Shown: positions 10,161 through 19,618 of the stretch, piece by piece
Layout: each line of letters begins with the position of its first letter
Numbering within the stretch: position 1 is the first letter of the stretch
Assembly (NCBI GenBank): GCA_963771175.1
Contig: CAVYSY010000033.1
Span: 288,001 to 352,000 of the forward strand
Direction of reading: 5' to 3'
From: an uncultured delta proteobacterium
Lineage (GTDB): Bacteria > Myxococcota > Myxococcia > Myxococcales > Myxococcaceae
Length of the DNA: 64,000 nucleotides
The notes under the pieces: model-generated
What the model saw: only the letters and a program-made list of their open reading frames with translations
Told to the model about the DNA's origin: nothing
The model's database searches: none
Translations under genes and position numbers: made by a program

Positions 10161-11615
10161 TCACGGAAGCTCACGAAAGATGAGCAGCCCGCGCGATGTG
10201 TCCGTCGCGTAGATGAAACCATCACCCGGCACCTTCGCATCGCCGAGCCCATCCAGGAAGAAGCGTCCCCGGCCCGGGTCCGTCTCCCGCCAGCTATTGT
10301 ACCAGCCCGCCTGTCGGAGCGTGTTCGGGTCGGACACATCCAGCACTCTCAGTCCGTCCTGGTTGTGCGCCACGTACAACTTCGTCCCCACCAGCGTCAG
10401 TCCGCTCACGGTGGATTCCGGCCGCAGCGTGAAGTGGCCCAACTCCTTGATGTTCTTGGGATCCGTCACGTCCAGCGCGCGCACGCTCGAGCCCCACCCC
10501 TCGCTGGACTCGAAGACGACGGTGCGATCTCCCACGACCCCCACCGCCACCGACCGGCTGGTGGCCTTGTCATAGGCGAAGCGCCCCTCCGCCACCGGCT
10601 TGCTCGGATCCTTCACGTCCGCCACCGCCAGCCCGTACCGCCAGTGGCCGATGTAGAGCCGATCCCCAAGGGCCGCCGCTTCCACCGGGTTCTCCCCCGA
10701 ATCGGGCAGGCTGTCCTCCACGATGTAGCGAGACAGCAGCGTGGGCGACGCTGGCGTCTTCACGTCGTAGATGAGGACCTCGGCACGAGGCACCGGAGAG
10801 ACGGCGTAGAGCCGGTCCTGGTCCACGTATAGCCCCCAGACCGAGATGGCGACGCCCGAGCCCGGCAGCGTCTTGAGCCGCTTGGGGAGCGACGGAGTGC
10901 TCACGTCATACACGAGGATGCCCTCCGCCTCGCTCGCGATGAAGAGCGTCTGGTCCTTCACCCAGACCTGGCGCCAGACGTCGTTCCTCAGGGCGACCTC
11001 GCCCACCTTCTGGGGGTTCGCCGGGTCCCTCACGTCGAAGACGAAGAGGCCATTGGCCAGCGCCGTCACGTAGGCGTACCCGTTCGCCACGAAGAGGTCC
11101 GTCGCCACCGCCCCATTCGGCAGGGCCAGCTCGGACACGAGCTCCACCTTGGACGCCTCCGCCTCACCGGCCTGCCGCGTGACGCGCACCGCCTCGAAGG
11201 AGCCCTTGAGGTCGGCCTCGCCCCCCGAGCACCGGCGGAACTCGCCCTTCACCCGGTCCGGCGCGGTCGCCTGGCATCCCGCGAGCGCGAAGCGCATGGG
11301 CGCGAAGCCCGCCTCCTGGAAGTCACTGGCCAGGAAGAACGTGTCCCCCCCCGCCTGGCGCTCGGTGAGCGGCGAGCCGAAGATCACCCCGTTCTCGGCC
11401 GCGAGGTTCATCGCGCCCGGCGTTTCGGAGGAGTCCTCCAGGGTGACGTTCAGGTGCCAGACTCCCTCCGCCGTCACGGCGGCCAGCCCCGACCGGTCAC
11501 AGGCGGACAGATCGAAGGCCTCGAGCTGGCACTCCTTCTTCTCGGGCTCCTCCGTGTTCGTACAGCCGGTGGCCAGGAGCAGGGCCCCCGCGGTGGCGAG
11601 GAGAAAACGATTCAT
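10161..11615 (-). CDS. LVIVD-repeat beta-propeller lipoprotein
   Basis: Lipobox LLLATGC; repeated GLxVxDVxDPxxP units. Confidence 0.8.
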   Translation of the reverse strand: MNRFLLATAGALLLATGCTNTEEPEKKECQLEAFDLSACDRSGLAAVTAEGVWHLNVTLEDSSETPGAMNLAAENGVIFGSPLTERQAGGDTFFLASDFQEAGFAPMRFALAGCQATAPDRVKGEFRRCSGGEADLKGSFEAVRVTRQAGEAEASKVELVSELALPNGAVATDLFVANGYAYVTALANGLFVFDVRDPANPQKVGEVALRNDVWRQVWVKDQTLFIASEAEGILVYDVSTPSLPKRLKTLPGSGVAISVWGLYVDQDRLYAVSPVPRAEVLIYDVKTPASPTLLSRYIVEDSLPDSGENPVEAAALGDRLYIGHWRYGLAVADVKDPSKPVAEGRFAYDKATSRSVAVGVVGDRTVVFESSEGWGSSVRALDVTDPKNIKELGHFTLRPESTVSGLTLVGTKLYVAHNQDGLRVLDVSDPNTLRQAGWYNSWRETDPGRGRFFLDGLGDAKVPGDGFIYATDTSRGLLIFRELP

Positions 11616-11795
11616 GCGCCATCCATACCGGGGGCTGGCGCAAGACGAAAGCATTGGTTCACCCAACACCCAGAGGCGTGGGGACGTGTACCGCTGAGCA
11701 ATCAGGTTGCGGCGCTCGGCCGTCCACTCGCCTATATCAAAGAGCCTGCCTAGGTTCGGTCAGTCCCTCGTCTCCCCATCCGGGAGGTCGTCCCT

Positions 11796-14700
11796 GTGAA
11801 TCACCGTCTTCTGATTGCCGCCTTGCTCGCCGCCCTCCTCCCGGAGGCAGCCCTGGCGCAGACCTATGTCGTCCCGCGTCGGGCCTACCGGTCACCGGTA
11901 CGCACCTACGAATTCGAGTGGCGGCACCTGGACATCCTCGTCGGCCCCCAGGCCGAGGGCGTCGCCGCGCCGCCCGCTCACCGGGCCCATACCCAACCGC
12001 CCGGTGCTCCGGGTGGCCCCACCCCCGCTACGCCCGCCCAGTCGCAGATGCGCTCGCCGGGAGTGACCACCCAGGACACGAAGACGATTCCCCCGTCCTC
12101 CGCCGTGGTCCAGGGGGAATCGGACAAGCAGCAGCGGGGCACCGGCGGCAGCTCCATCGAGGCCATCGAGCCGGGGAGCCCCACCCCCGTGGTGGACAAG
12201 CCGGACGGCGGCACGGCCGTCTCCGAGTCCCCGGCCTCCGGGAGCGACCTCTACGTCCCCATCGCCCTGTCCACGGATGGCGGCACCCCGGATGCCGGCC
12301 CCGCCTATGCCACGTCGCTCGGCGTCAAGAGCGGCGGCGTGCGCTTCTTCTTCTACGAGAGCGAGCGGAACGTGGCCCAGTACGCCGCGCCCCAGCTCGA
12401 GGACGCCTACCGCTACCTCGTCGACCGCTTCAAGTTCGTCCCCACGCAGACCTTCCCCTACATCCTCTACAGCAGCTACCAGGAGTTCCTGCAGACCAAC
12501 GTCTTCCCGATCTCGGAGGGCACCCTCGGCGTCACCAGCACCCAGGGTGACCTGGAGCTGACCCTGCCCTACCTGGGTGACCACCGCCTCTTCGGGGAGA
12601 TCAGCACCCACGAGATGGCGCACCAGTTCACCATCCAGAAGGTCCGGTTCCTCGCCGAGCAGCGCCAAGGTGGCGGGGGATCCGCTCAACGGGATTCCGC
12701 TCTGGTTCATCGAGGGTCTCGCCGAGTTCTACGCCAAGGGAGGGTTGGACCCCGAGGGCGAGATGATGGTGCGCGACCTCCTCATCAACCCGGACCTGAT
12801 GCGCGGGTACGCCTTCCTCGACTTCTGGTCCCCCGGGCCCTACGGCTTCCTGTGGATCTACAAGGTGGGCCAGGCGCGCTGCCAGTTCCTGGAGGAGACG
12901 TACGGGGGCGGCATCATCCAGAAGATCCTCGAGAACTCGCCCAAGCTCATCTCCGGCACGGGCACCACGCCCAACCTGCAATTCGAGGGGCTGGTGGAGC
13001 TGCTCACCGGGGACGAGCCGCCGAAGGTCGCCGCCAAGTTCGAGGCGTGGCTGAAGCAGCGCGCCTACCGCACCTACCTCAAGGCCGAGCAGGCCACTCC
13101 CTCGCTGGAGCTGCTGCGCGAGCGCAAGGGCATCGTCACCGCGCTCAACAGCTCCCCGGATGGGCGGGTGCTGCTGTACCGGAGCATCATCCCGGAGACG
13201 GGGGAGAGCCAGCTCATCATGCTGGACCCGCGCGCTCCGCTGGATCACGTGAAGGTGCAGGGGGACGGCGTGCCCGGCTACGAGTCGCTGCACCCCATCT
13301 TCGGACGCAACTTCGCCCTCACCGGGGACCGGCTGGCCTTCATCGCCGAGTCCCTGTCGCGCGACATCATCTATATCCAGTCCTACAAGCACACCGCCGA
13401 GCCCATCACCACCTTCGGTGGAACACTGGTGCCCGGGGGCCGCAGCCCCTACATGGCCACCGCCACCGGATTGCAGAAGGGGCCATCGGTCAAGGTGCGC
13501 TTCAAGATGGGCGAGCGCGTGGCCTACAAGCTGGCCGACCACGGACTCATCGCCGCGTACTCGCCGGTCTTCTCGCCGGATGGCAAGCAGCTCGCCTTCA
13601 TCGGCCTGAGCGAGACGGGCACGCGCGACGTGTACGTGATTCCGCTGGACCAGGGCATGGAGGTGGAGCCCCAGCAGCTCACCCATGACGTGTACGCCGA
13701 GCGCCAGCTCACCTGGGGCCAGGCCGGCCTCGTCTACAGCTCGGATGCCACCTCGCACGGCTACTACAACCTCTTCCGGCTGAAGCCGGAGAACCCCAGC
13801 CAGGTGGAGCGCCTCACCACCGAGGCGAGGGATCATCAAGATCCCATGGTGATGCCGGACGGCCGCCTCTTCTTCGTGGCCTACGACAAGAGCCGCTCGG
13901 ACCTGTACGAGTACACCGGCGGCGGCGGCCTCGTGCGGCGCACGGACGTGACCACCGGCCTCTTCGAGCCGAGCCCCGCGCCCGAGGGCAACCTGTGGAC
14001 GCTCTACCACCTGTCCGGTGAGCGAAAGCCGGCCCTGCTGCGCTCCAACCAGCTCATGTCCTTCGAGGTGGCCGACACGATGAAGGTCGCGGCCGCGCCG
14101 CCCAACCCCCTGCCCCAGCGCTCGCTGGTGGGCGCCGAGCCCTACAAGCCCTTCACCCAGGAGAACATCGACCTGGGGCCGATCATGGGCTTCGCCGGCG
14201 CGGGCGGCGGCGGCTTCTACGGCCAGCTCTTCGCCTCCGCCACGGATCGGCTGCGCAACCACGCCGCGCTCTTCCAGGTGGCCGTCTACGGCTCGCTGGA
14301 GCTGACCGATGGCTTCCTGATCTACCTCAACCAGAAGAACCGCCTGACGTGGGGCGGCGGCCTCTTCCAGTCCCTGCGCTTCCGCGTGGACGAGTCGCTG
14401 CGCCACAACGGCAGCAATCTGCCCTACTACGCGCTCACCTCCGGCGAGCGGTTCTTCGGCGCCACCGGTATCACCCGCTACCCGCTCAGCACCTTCACCT
14501 TCCTGGAGGCCAACCTGAGCATCGGCGGCGTGTCGTACTTCCTCGATCCGTACACCGCCTTCGTGCTCAACCTGGAGGAGATCAACAAGATCGGCGACCT
14601 GTACACCCCGTGGCGAGAGGCCAACCAGGGCCTACGATTCCAGACGGAGGGTTCCGTGGCGTGGGGCTACAACACCCTGCGCTACCACTATACGGGAGTC

Positions 14701-15345
14701 CCGCTGTCCGGCAGCTCGGTGCTGACGGAGCTCACCACCGGCGTGCAGCCCTTCCACGACCAGATCTTCGGCAACGTGCGCGTGGACGCCGAGCGCTACT
14801 TCCCGCTCTTCCTGGGCAGCACCCACCTGATGCTGCGCGGCGGCGCGGGCCTCACCTTCGGTGGACGCTTCGCCCGCTCCTTCTACCTGTCCAGCTTCGA
14901 CACCATCCGCGGCGCGCAGTTCGGCGACGAGGAGTGGCTGCTCGGCCAGCACTACGGGTACTCCACGCTGGAGCTGCGCGTGCCGCTCGACGCGCTCATC
15001 CGCATCGCCTTCCTCAACACCCTCATGGGCGTGGCGGGCTTCGACTTCGGCGGTGTGGGCAACTCGGGCCGCGACCTGTGGGACCACCGCGTCCTCGATG
15101 CCGCCGTGGGCGTCAACGTCGGCCTCGGGCCCCTGCTCCTGCGCCTGCACTTCGCCTACCCGTTCGACATCGGTGCTCCCGCCGGCCGCCCCTCCAACGA
15201 GTGGGTAACCCAGTTCTCCATCGGTCTCGCCGGACTCGAAGGCTACCTGTTCAAGGGGCACGGCAAGTCCACGCCGGGCGCCAAGGCGCCCCCCTCTCCT
15301 CCCGTGAGCCTCGGCGGCATGGGAATGCGGGTCGGCGGGAACTGA
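11796..15345 (+). CDS. Secreted fusion of zinc-peptidase (MA-like) domain, TolB/PD40 beta-propeller and Omp85-like barrel (one frameshift near 12660)
   Basis: Signal peptide; HEMAH (HExxH) followed by PLWFIEGLAE; YSPVFSPDGKQLAF (PD40); C-terminal IRG..ELRVPL..LRLHFAYPF barrel pattern. Confidence 0.7.
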
Positions 15346-15355
15346 GTTCGTGAGT

Positions 15356-15388
15356 CCGGGGTGGGGCGAGCGGTTGCCCCCACCCCGG
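15356..15388. terminator. GC-rich hairpin between convergent genes
   Basis: ccggggtgggg (15356-66) pairs with ccccaccccgg (15378-88). Confidence 0.55.
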
Positions 15389-15402
15389 CTGGAAGAGATG
15401 GC

Positions 15403-15873
15403 TCAGGACTGGGCGGCCACCAGCGCGGCGTTGGCCCTCGCCAGCGGGCCTCCCTCGTGAGGGATTCGCTCGAAGTCGCCTCGCAGCGCCTTGAGGGCGA
15501 ACTTCTCCAGGTCGATCTCCCGCCGGGTCCTCACGCCCATCAACCGCACCAACTCCGCCAGCGGGCCAAAGCCGAGCAGGCCATGCTGCAGCAGCAGCCC
15601 CGCCGCCACCCCGCTCACCACCCGCCAGGCCTTCCCGTCCCTCGCCCCCAGCACCAGCCCGAGCACCGAGAGCGCGGACGCCGCCACCGTCACCATCCGG
15701 TTCAGGTCCCACTCGTGCTCCAGCTTGTCCAGGTAGTGGGTGATGGCCGCGCGATCATGCTGCTCCGCCATGTGTCGGACGCACGCCTCCACCCGGGCAT
15801 CAATCCGCCGGTTCAGCCCGTCCGCCGTGTGCGTACGTACCGCGTCGCTCGACATCCGGTTCCACGACTCCAT
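15403..15873 (-). CDS. Hypothetical membrane protein (DUF2892-like hairpin)
   Basis: GGAGG before ATG 15873; EWDLNR, two hydrophobic segments, LLQHGLLG, GVRTRREIDLEKFALKALRGDF. Confidence 0.6.
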   Translation of the reverse strand: MESWNRMSSDAVRTHTADGLNRRIDARVEACVRHMAEQHDRAAITHYLDKLEHEWDLNRMVTVAASALSVLGLVLGARDGKAWRVVSGVAAGLLLQHGLLGFGPLAELVRLMGVRTRREIDLEKFALKALRGDFERIPHEGGPLARANAALVAAQS

Positions 15874-16011
15874 CGCGCCTCCCTCCATACTGGCAGGCCA
15901 TCTCTCCAAAGGTAGGGATGGGGGCGGGACCCGGGCACATCAGCCAGCCGGGCACGGCCGCCTGCCTGCCTGCACCCACTCGCCTCGGTGCACTGCGCGG
16001 GCAGCGGGCGG

Positions 16012-17289
16012 ATGCCTAGCTTGCGCGGCGTGAATCGCTTCCCTCGCCTGCTGCTTGCATGCCTGCTCGCCAGCACGGCCTGCGTCCACCGCAACCATCC
16101 CCAACAGCTCCGCATCCATCAGGATCTGCCCGACTCGGGGCCGGAGCTGTCGTTCGCCCTCTATCAGTCGGTGGGCGTGGGGCTTCGCCCGGGCCATGTG
16201 GTGGAACTGGTGCAGGACGAGCGCATCCTCGAGTCCCTCGAAGCGGAGATCCGCCAGACTCGCGAGTCGCTCCACCTGCTCACCTCGAGCTGGTGGCCCG
16301 GCGAGGTCTCGGAGCGTCTCATCCACGCGCTCGAGAGGCGCCCACCGGGGGTGATCTGCCGGGTCCTGGTGGACGCGCTCAACAGCCCGGGCTTCACGGA
16401 GAACGTGGAGCCGAGACTCGTCCAGGCCGGGTGCGAGGTGCGCACCTTCCGCCCGTTCATCGGCGCCACGGTGGTGTTCGCCGACGAGCGGCTGGAGGCG
16501 CGCAACCACCGCCAGCTCGTCATCCGCGATGGCCGCAGTGGCCTCACCGGTGGCTCCGGCGTGGGGCCAGCCTGGCGCCGCGAGCAGGGTCCGGCGGAGG
16601 CCTGGCGGGACACCTACGTCCGCGTGGTGGGCCCGGCCGTGCGCCAGTTGCAGCGGGCCTTCGCAGAGAGCTGGCAGGAGGCGGGCGGCGGACTGCTCCC
16701 GGACTCGGCCTTCCCTCAGCCCGAGCCCCAGGGCGAGGCCCGCGCCGGCTTCATCGCAAGCACCGGCTCGCCCGCGCTCAGCGACTCCGAGCGCATGGTG
16801 CAGGTGCTCATCGCCTCGGCCCGGCGCAGGCTGTGGCTCACCAACGCCTGCTTCGTGCCCACCACCGCCACCATGGACATGCTCATCCGCAAGGCCCGCG
16901 AGGGCGTGGACGTGCGCATCCTCTTGCCCGGCCCGCGCCACGGAGGCCCCCACGAGGTGATCGCCGCGCAGCGCGCCACCTATGACCGGCTGCTGGAGAA
17001 CGGCGTCCGCATCTGGGAGTACCAGCTCGCGCCCCTGCACGCCCGCACCATTCTCGTGGACGACAGGCTGGCGGCCGTGGGCTCCACGAACCTGGAGGTG
17101 AACTCGAGCGCAATGCTCCTGGAGGGCTCCCTCGTCGTCGAGGATGCCCAGTTCGCCCGCGCGCTCGCCGTCACCTTCGAGCGCGACCTGATGCACGCGG
17201 TGGAGATCCGCTGGGAGAGGTGGCGGCGGCGCGGGTTGCTCGAGCGCTTCGCCTACCAGCGCCCTCGCTCCACCCCCGGCTGCCTCTGA
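16012..17289 (+). CDS. Phospholipase D / cardiolipin synthase-like lipoprotein with degenerate HKD motifs
   Basis: Lipobox-like STAC; RNHRQLVIRDG and LHARTILVDD at the two HxKxxxxD positions; WRDT and VGSTN conserved. Confidence 0.8.
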   Translation: MPSLRGVNRFPRLLLACLLASTACVHRNHPQQLRIHQDLPDSGPELSFALYQSVGVGLRPGHVVELVQDERILESLEAEIRQTRESLHLLTSSWWPGEVSERLIHALERRPPGVICRVLVDALNSPGFTENVEPRLVQAGCEVRTFRPFIGATVVFADERLEARNHRQLVIRDGRSGLTGGSGVGPAWRREQGPAEAWRDTYVRVVGPAVRQLQRAFAESWQEAGGGLLPDSAFPQPEPQGEARAGFIASTGSPALSDSERMVQVLIASARRRLWLTNACFVPTTATMDMLIRKAREGVDVRILLPGPRHGGPHEVIAAQRATYDRLLENGVRIWEYQLAPLHARTILVDDRLAAVGSTNLEVNSSAMLLEGSLVVEDAQFARALAVTFERDLMHAVEIRWERWRRRGLLERFAYQRPRSTPGCL

Positions 17290-17429
17290 GCGGGCACACA
17301 GGAGCCCACGACGGACAACGGCGGACCCTTCCGGAAGCGTGAGTTTCCCATCCACGGGGCCCCCAGCATCGACCAGCGGACAGAGCTGCCCCGGAGGACC
17401 AGGCATCCTCCTTGCTCCAGCAGGAGGCG

Positions 17430-19202
17430 ATGAGCTTCGCACGTCTGCTGTGCTCCCTGTCCGTTGCCGTCCTGCTCGCCTGTGAACCCGAGCACCCTGC
17501 ACCCGCCCCGGGGGGTGAGGGACAGACCCCCGTCCAGGAGGAGCCCCAACCCCCTCCCCCGCCGCCCGCGCCGCAGCCGCCCGCGCCGCAACCGCCCGCG
17601 CCGCCACCACCTCCTCCACGACCACCACCGGAGCCCGAGGCGCAACGCCCCTTCGTCCTGCCGCCGGTGCAGCAGTCCCTGCAGGATTACGAGCTGGTGC
17701 TGCCCCCGGGGGTGCTGGCGCGGTTCCTCGCCGACAAGAACACGCCGGAGCAGGACGCTGTCTTCCGCTGCAATGGCGTGAGCTATCCGGTGAAGGTGCG
17801 CCTGCGAGGGGCCTCCGCCCGCGACTTCCCGAAGAAGAGCTGGAACGTGAAGTTCGAGGGCAATGCCCGCTTCGAGGGACGAAAGTCGCTCAACCTCGTC
17901 GCCGAATACGCGGACGCCACGATGCTGGCGGAGAAACTCGCCTATGACGTGTTGGCCGCGCTGCGCGTGCCGGCCCCGCACGCGAAGTACGTCCGGCTGC
18001 GCCTCAATGGTCGCGATGAGGGCGTCTTCCTGGACATCGAGCAGGTCGACAAGTCCTTCCTGAAGGCCCATGAGTTCCCGGACCGGGACGCCACCATCTA
18101 CCGCGCCGGCTGGAAGGACACCGAGCTCAAGCTGCGCTCGTGGAAGGTGCCCTACCAGGGGAACTGGAGCCAGAAGACGAACGAGCAGAAGCCCGACGAT
18201 GCCGCTCTCGACGAGGTGCTGTACGTCATCAACCGCACCCCCGAGCCGGAGTTGCCCGGCGCGCTCGAACGACACATGGAGTTGGAAGGCTACCTGCGCT
18301 CCATGGTCATGGACGCGCTCATGGCCAACAACTTCATCGAGGACTCGGAGAGCTACTTCATCCACGACCGGGTGACGGGCCGCTGGGTGTACGTGGCGTG
18401 GGACCTCAACAACGTGGACGCGCGCTGGTGGTACCTGAATCCCCTCTCCCCGGAGCTGCAGCCCACCTACCGCCACCCGCTCTTCTCCTTCACCCTCACC
18501 GACGCGGTGGTGGCCAAACGGTACGCGGAGCGCATGGTCATCCACCCGGGCTACCTGCCCGTCTTCTCCAACCTGGGCACCCGCGTGGTGATGAACCCGG
18601 AGCTGCGCGCCCGCCTGGTGGCCCGCCTCGAGAAGGCCCTGGACGAGCTCTTCACCCCGGAAGTGATGGGGGCCCACATCGACAAGCTGCACGCGCTCAT
18701 CGCCTCGTCCATGGCCAATGATCCGTACATGGACTTCGCGAAGTTCCAGGCGGGCCGCGCCTTCATGAAGCAGTTCGTCAGCAAGCGGCGCGACCTGGTC
18801 CAGAAGGAGCTGAAGCGCTACCGCGAGCAGAGGCCCGGACTGGTGCTGGAGGCCGTGGACGCCCGCGAGGGCTGGGTGGAGCTGCGCAACCGGGGCCAGG
18901 AGACCGTGTCCCTCGGCGGGATGGTGCTCACCACGCACCTGCGGCGGAGCATCCCCAGCCTGCTGCGGCCCGAGAGTGGCCCGCCCGTGGGCGTCGTCCT
19001 ACCAAAGGTCACGCTGGCCCAGGGCGAGCGCGTGCGCTTCACCGCCGCCGAGCTGGGTCTCACCTTCACGCCCGATGGGGAGCTCGGCGTCTTCGATGGC
19101 CAGTCCGTGGTGGGGATGAAGGACATCCTCTTCTACGGGCCGCTGCCGGTCGGGATGCACTACGAGCGCACCGAGGACGATGGGAGCTGGCGGGTGCGCT
19201 GA
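17430..19202 (+). CDS. CotH kinase family lipoprotein with Pro-rich linker and lamin-tail-like C-terminus
   Basis: GGAGG RBS; lipobox LLAC; VRLRGASAR, PKKSWNVKF, LNGRDEGVFLDIEQVD, AWDLN; late WVELRN. Confidence 0.85.
   Translation: MSFARLLCSLSVAVLLACEPEHPAPAPGGEGQTPVQEEPQPPPPPPAPQPPAPQPPAPPPPPPRPPPEPEAQRPFVLPPVQQSLQDYELVLPPGVLARFLADKNTPEQDAVFRCNGVSYPVKVRLRGASARDFPKKSWNVKFEGNARFEGRKSLNLVAEYADATMLAEKLAYDVLAALRVPAPHAKYVRLRLNGRDEGVFLDIEQVDKSFLKAHEFPDRDATIYRAGWKDTELKLRSWKVPYQGNWSQKTNEQKPDDAALDEVLYVINRTPEPELPGALERHMELEGYLRSMVMDALMANNFIEDSESYFIHDRVTGRWVYVAWDLNNVDARWWYLNPLSPELQPTYRHPLFSFTLTDAVVAKRYAERMVIHPGYLPVFSNLGTRVVMNPELRARLVARLEKALDELFTPEVMGAHIDKLHALIASSMANDPYMDFAKFQAGRAFMKQFVSKRRDLVQKELKRYREQRPGLVLEAVDAREGWVELRNRGQETVSLGGMVLTTHLRRSIPSLLRPESGPPVGVVLPKVTLAQGERVRFTAAELGLTFTPDGELGVFDGQSVVGMKDILFYGPLPVGMHYERTEDDGSWRVR
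17562..17606 (+). repeat. Three 15-bp tandem units encoding PPAPQ/PPAPP in the CotH linker
   Basis: ccgcccgcgccgcag, ccgcccgcgccgcaa, ccgcccgcgccgcca. Confidence 0.85.
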
Positions 19203-19206
19203 AAGC

Positions 19207-19253
19207 CTCGCGCCAGCGAATACGGGTCTGGGGGAACCCGCCGCTGGCGCGAG
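19207..19253. terminator. Long hairpin between convergent cotH and the small precursor gene
   Basis: ctcgcgccagcg (19207-18) pairs with cgctggcgcgag (19242-53), with an inner cgggt/acccg stem. Confidence 0.55.
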
Positions 19254-19283
19254 CCTCCACTGGGGAGGTGGAACCCCGAAGGG

Positions 19284-19451
19284 TCAGTAGCTGCTCGTCT
19301 CCTCCCCCACCGCCATCGTGGTGATCGGGCCGTCGCCCTCCTCGCCCACCGCCAGCGTCGTGACCTGCGAGCGGCCACCGCGGACGTTCTCCAGATCCTT
19401 CGTGGGCAGCTCATAGTCGATGAAGGTCTTCTTCTTGCCTGTCTTGCTCAT
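19284..19451 (-). CDS. Plesiocin-type (TTxxxxEE) graspetide RiPP precursor, 55 aa, absent from the ORF track
   Basis: Manual translation MSKTGKKKTFIDYELPTKDLENVRGG-RSQVTTLAVGEEGDGPITTMAVGEETSSY*; GGGAGAG RBS upstream; double-Gly leader; two TTxAVGEE cores. Confidence 0.85.
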   Translation of the reverse strand: MSKTGKKKTFIDYELPTKDLENVRGGRSQVTTLAVGEEGDGPITTMAVGEETSSY

Positions 19452-19618
19452 TGCGCTCTCCCGTGAGTGCGGCGGTCCATGGAGAGGACGCCGCCGATAC
19501 CGAGGCAGCCTCGGCTCCCTCGGTGCGGATGGAGAGCGCTGTCGCGGCGTGTGATGCCGGACACGACGAGCGCGGCTCAGCTCCGCAGCCCGGAGAGCGA
19601 GCGCCTGGGCTCGCCGCG

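Noticed and set aside
17430..19202. CotH protein as the maturase of the adjacent graspetide precursor
   Set aside because: It has an atypical kinase fold rather than ATP-grasp, is an exported lipoprotein, and is convergently transcribed
19411..19618. C-terminal extension of the 865-aa pbpC ORF
   Set aside because: Frameshift read-through; the conserved PBP1C tail ends at 19619 and the extension overlaps the precursor gene
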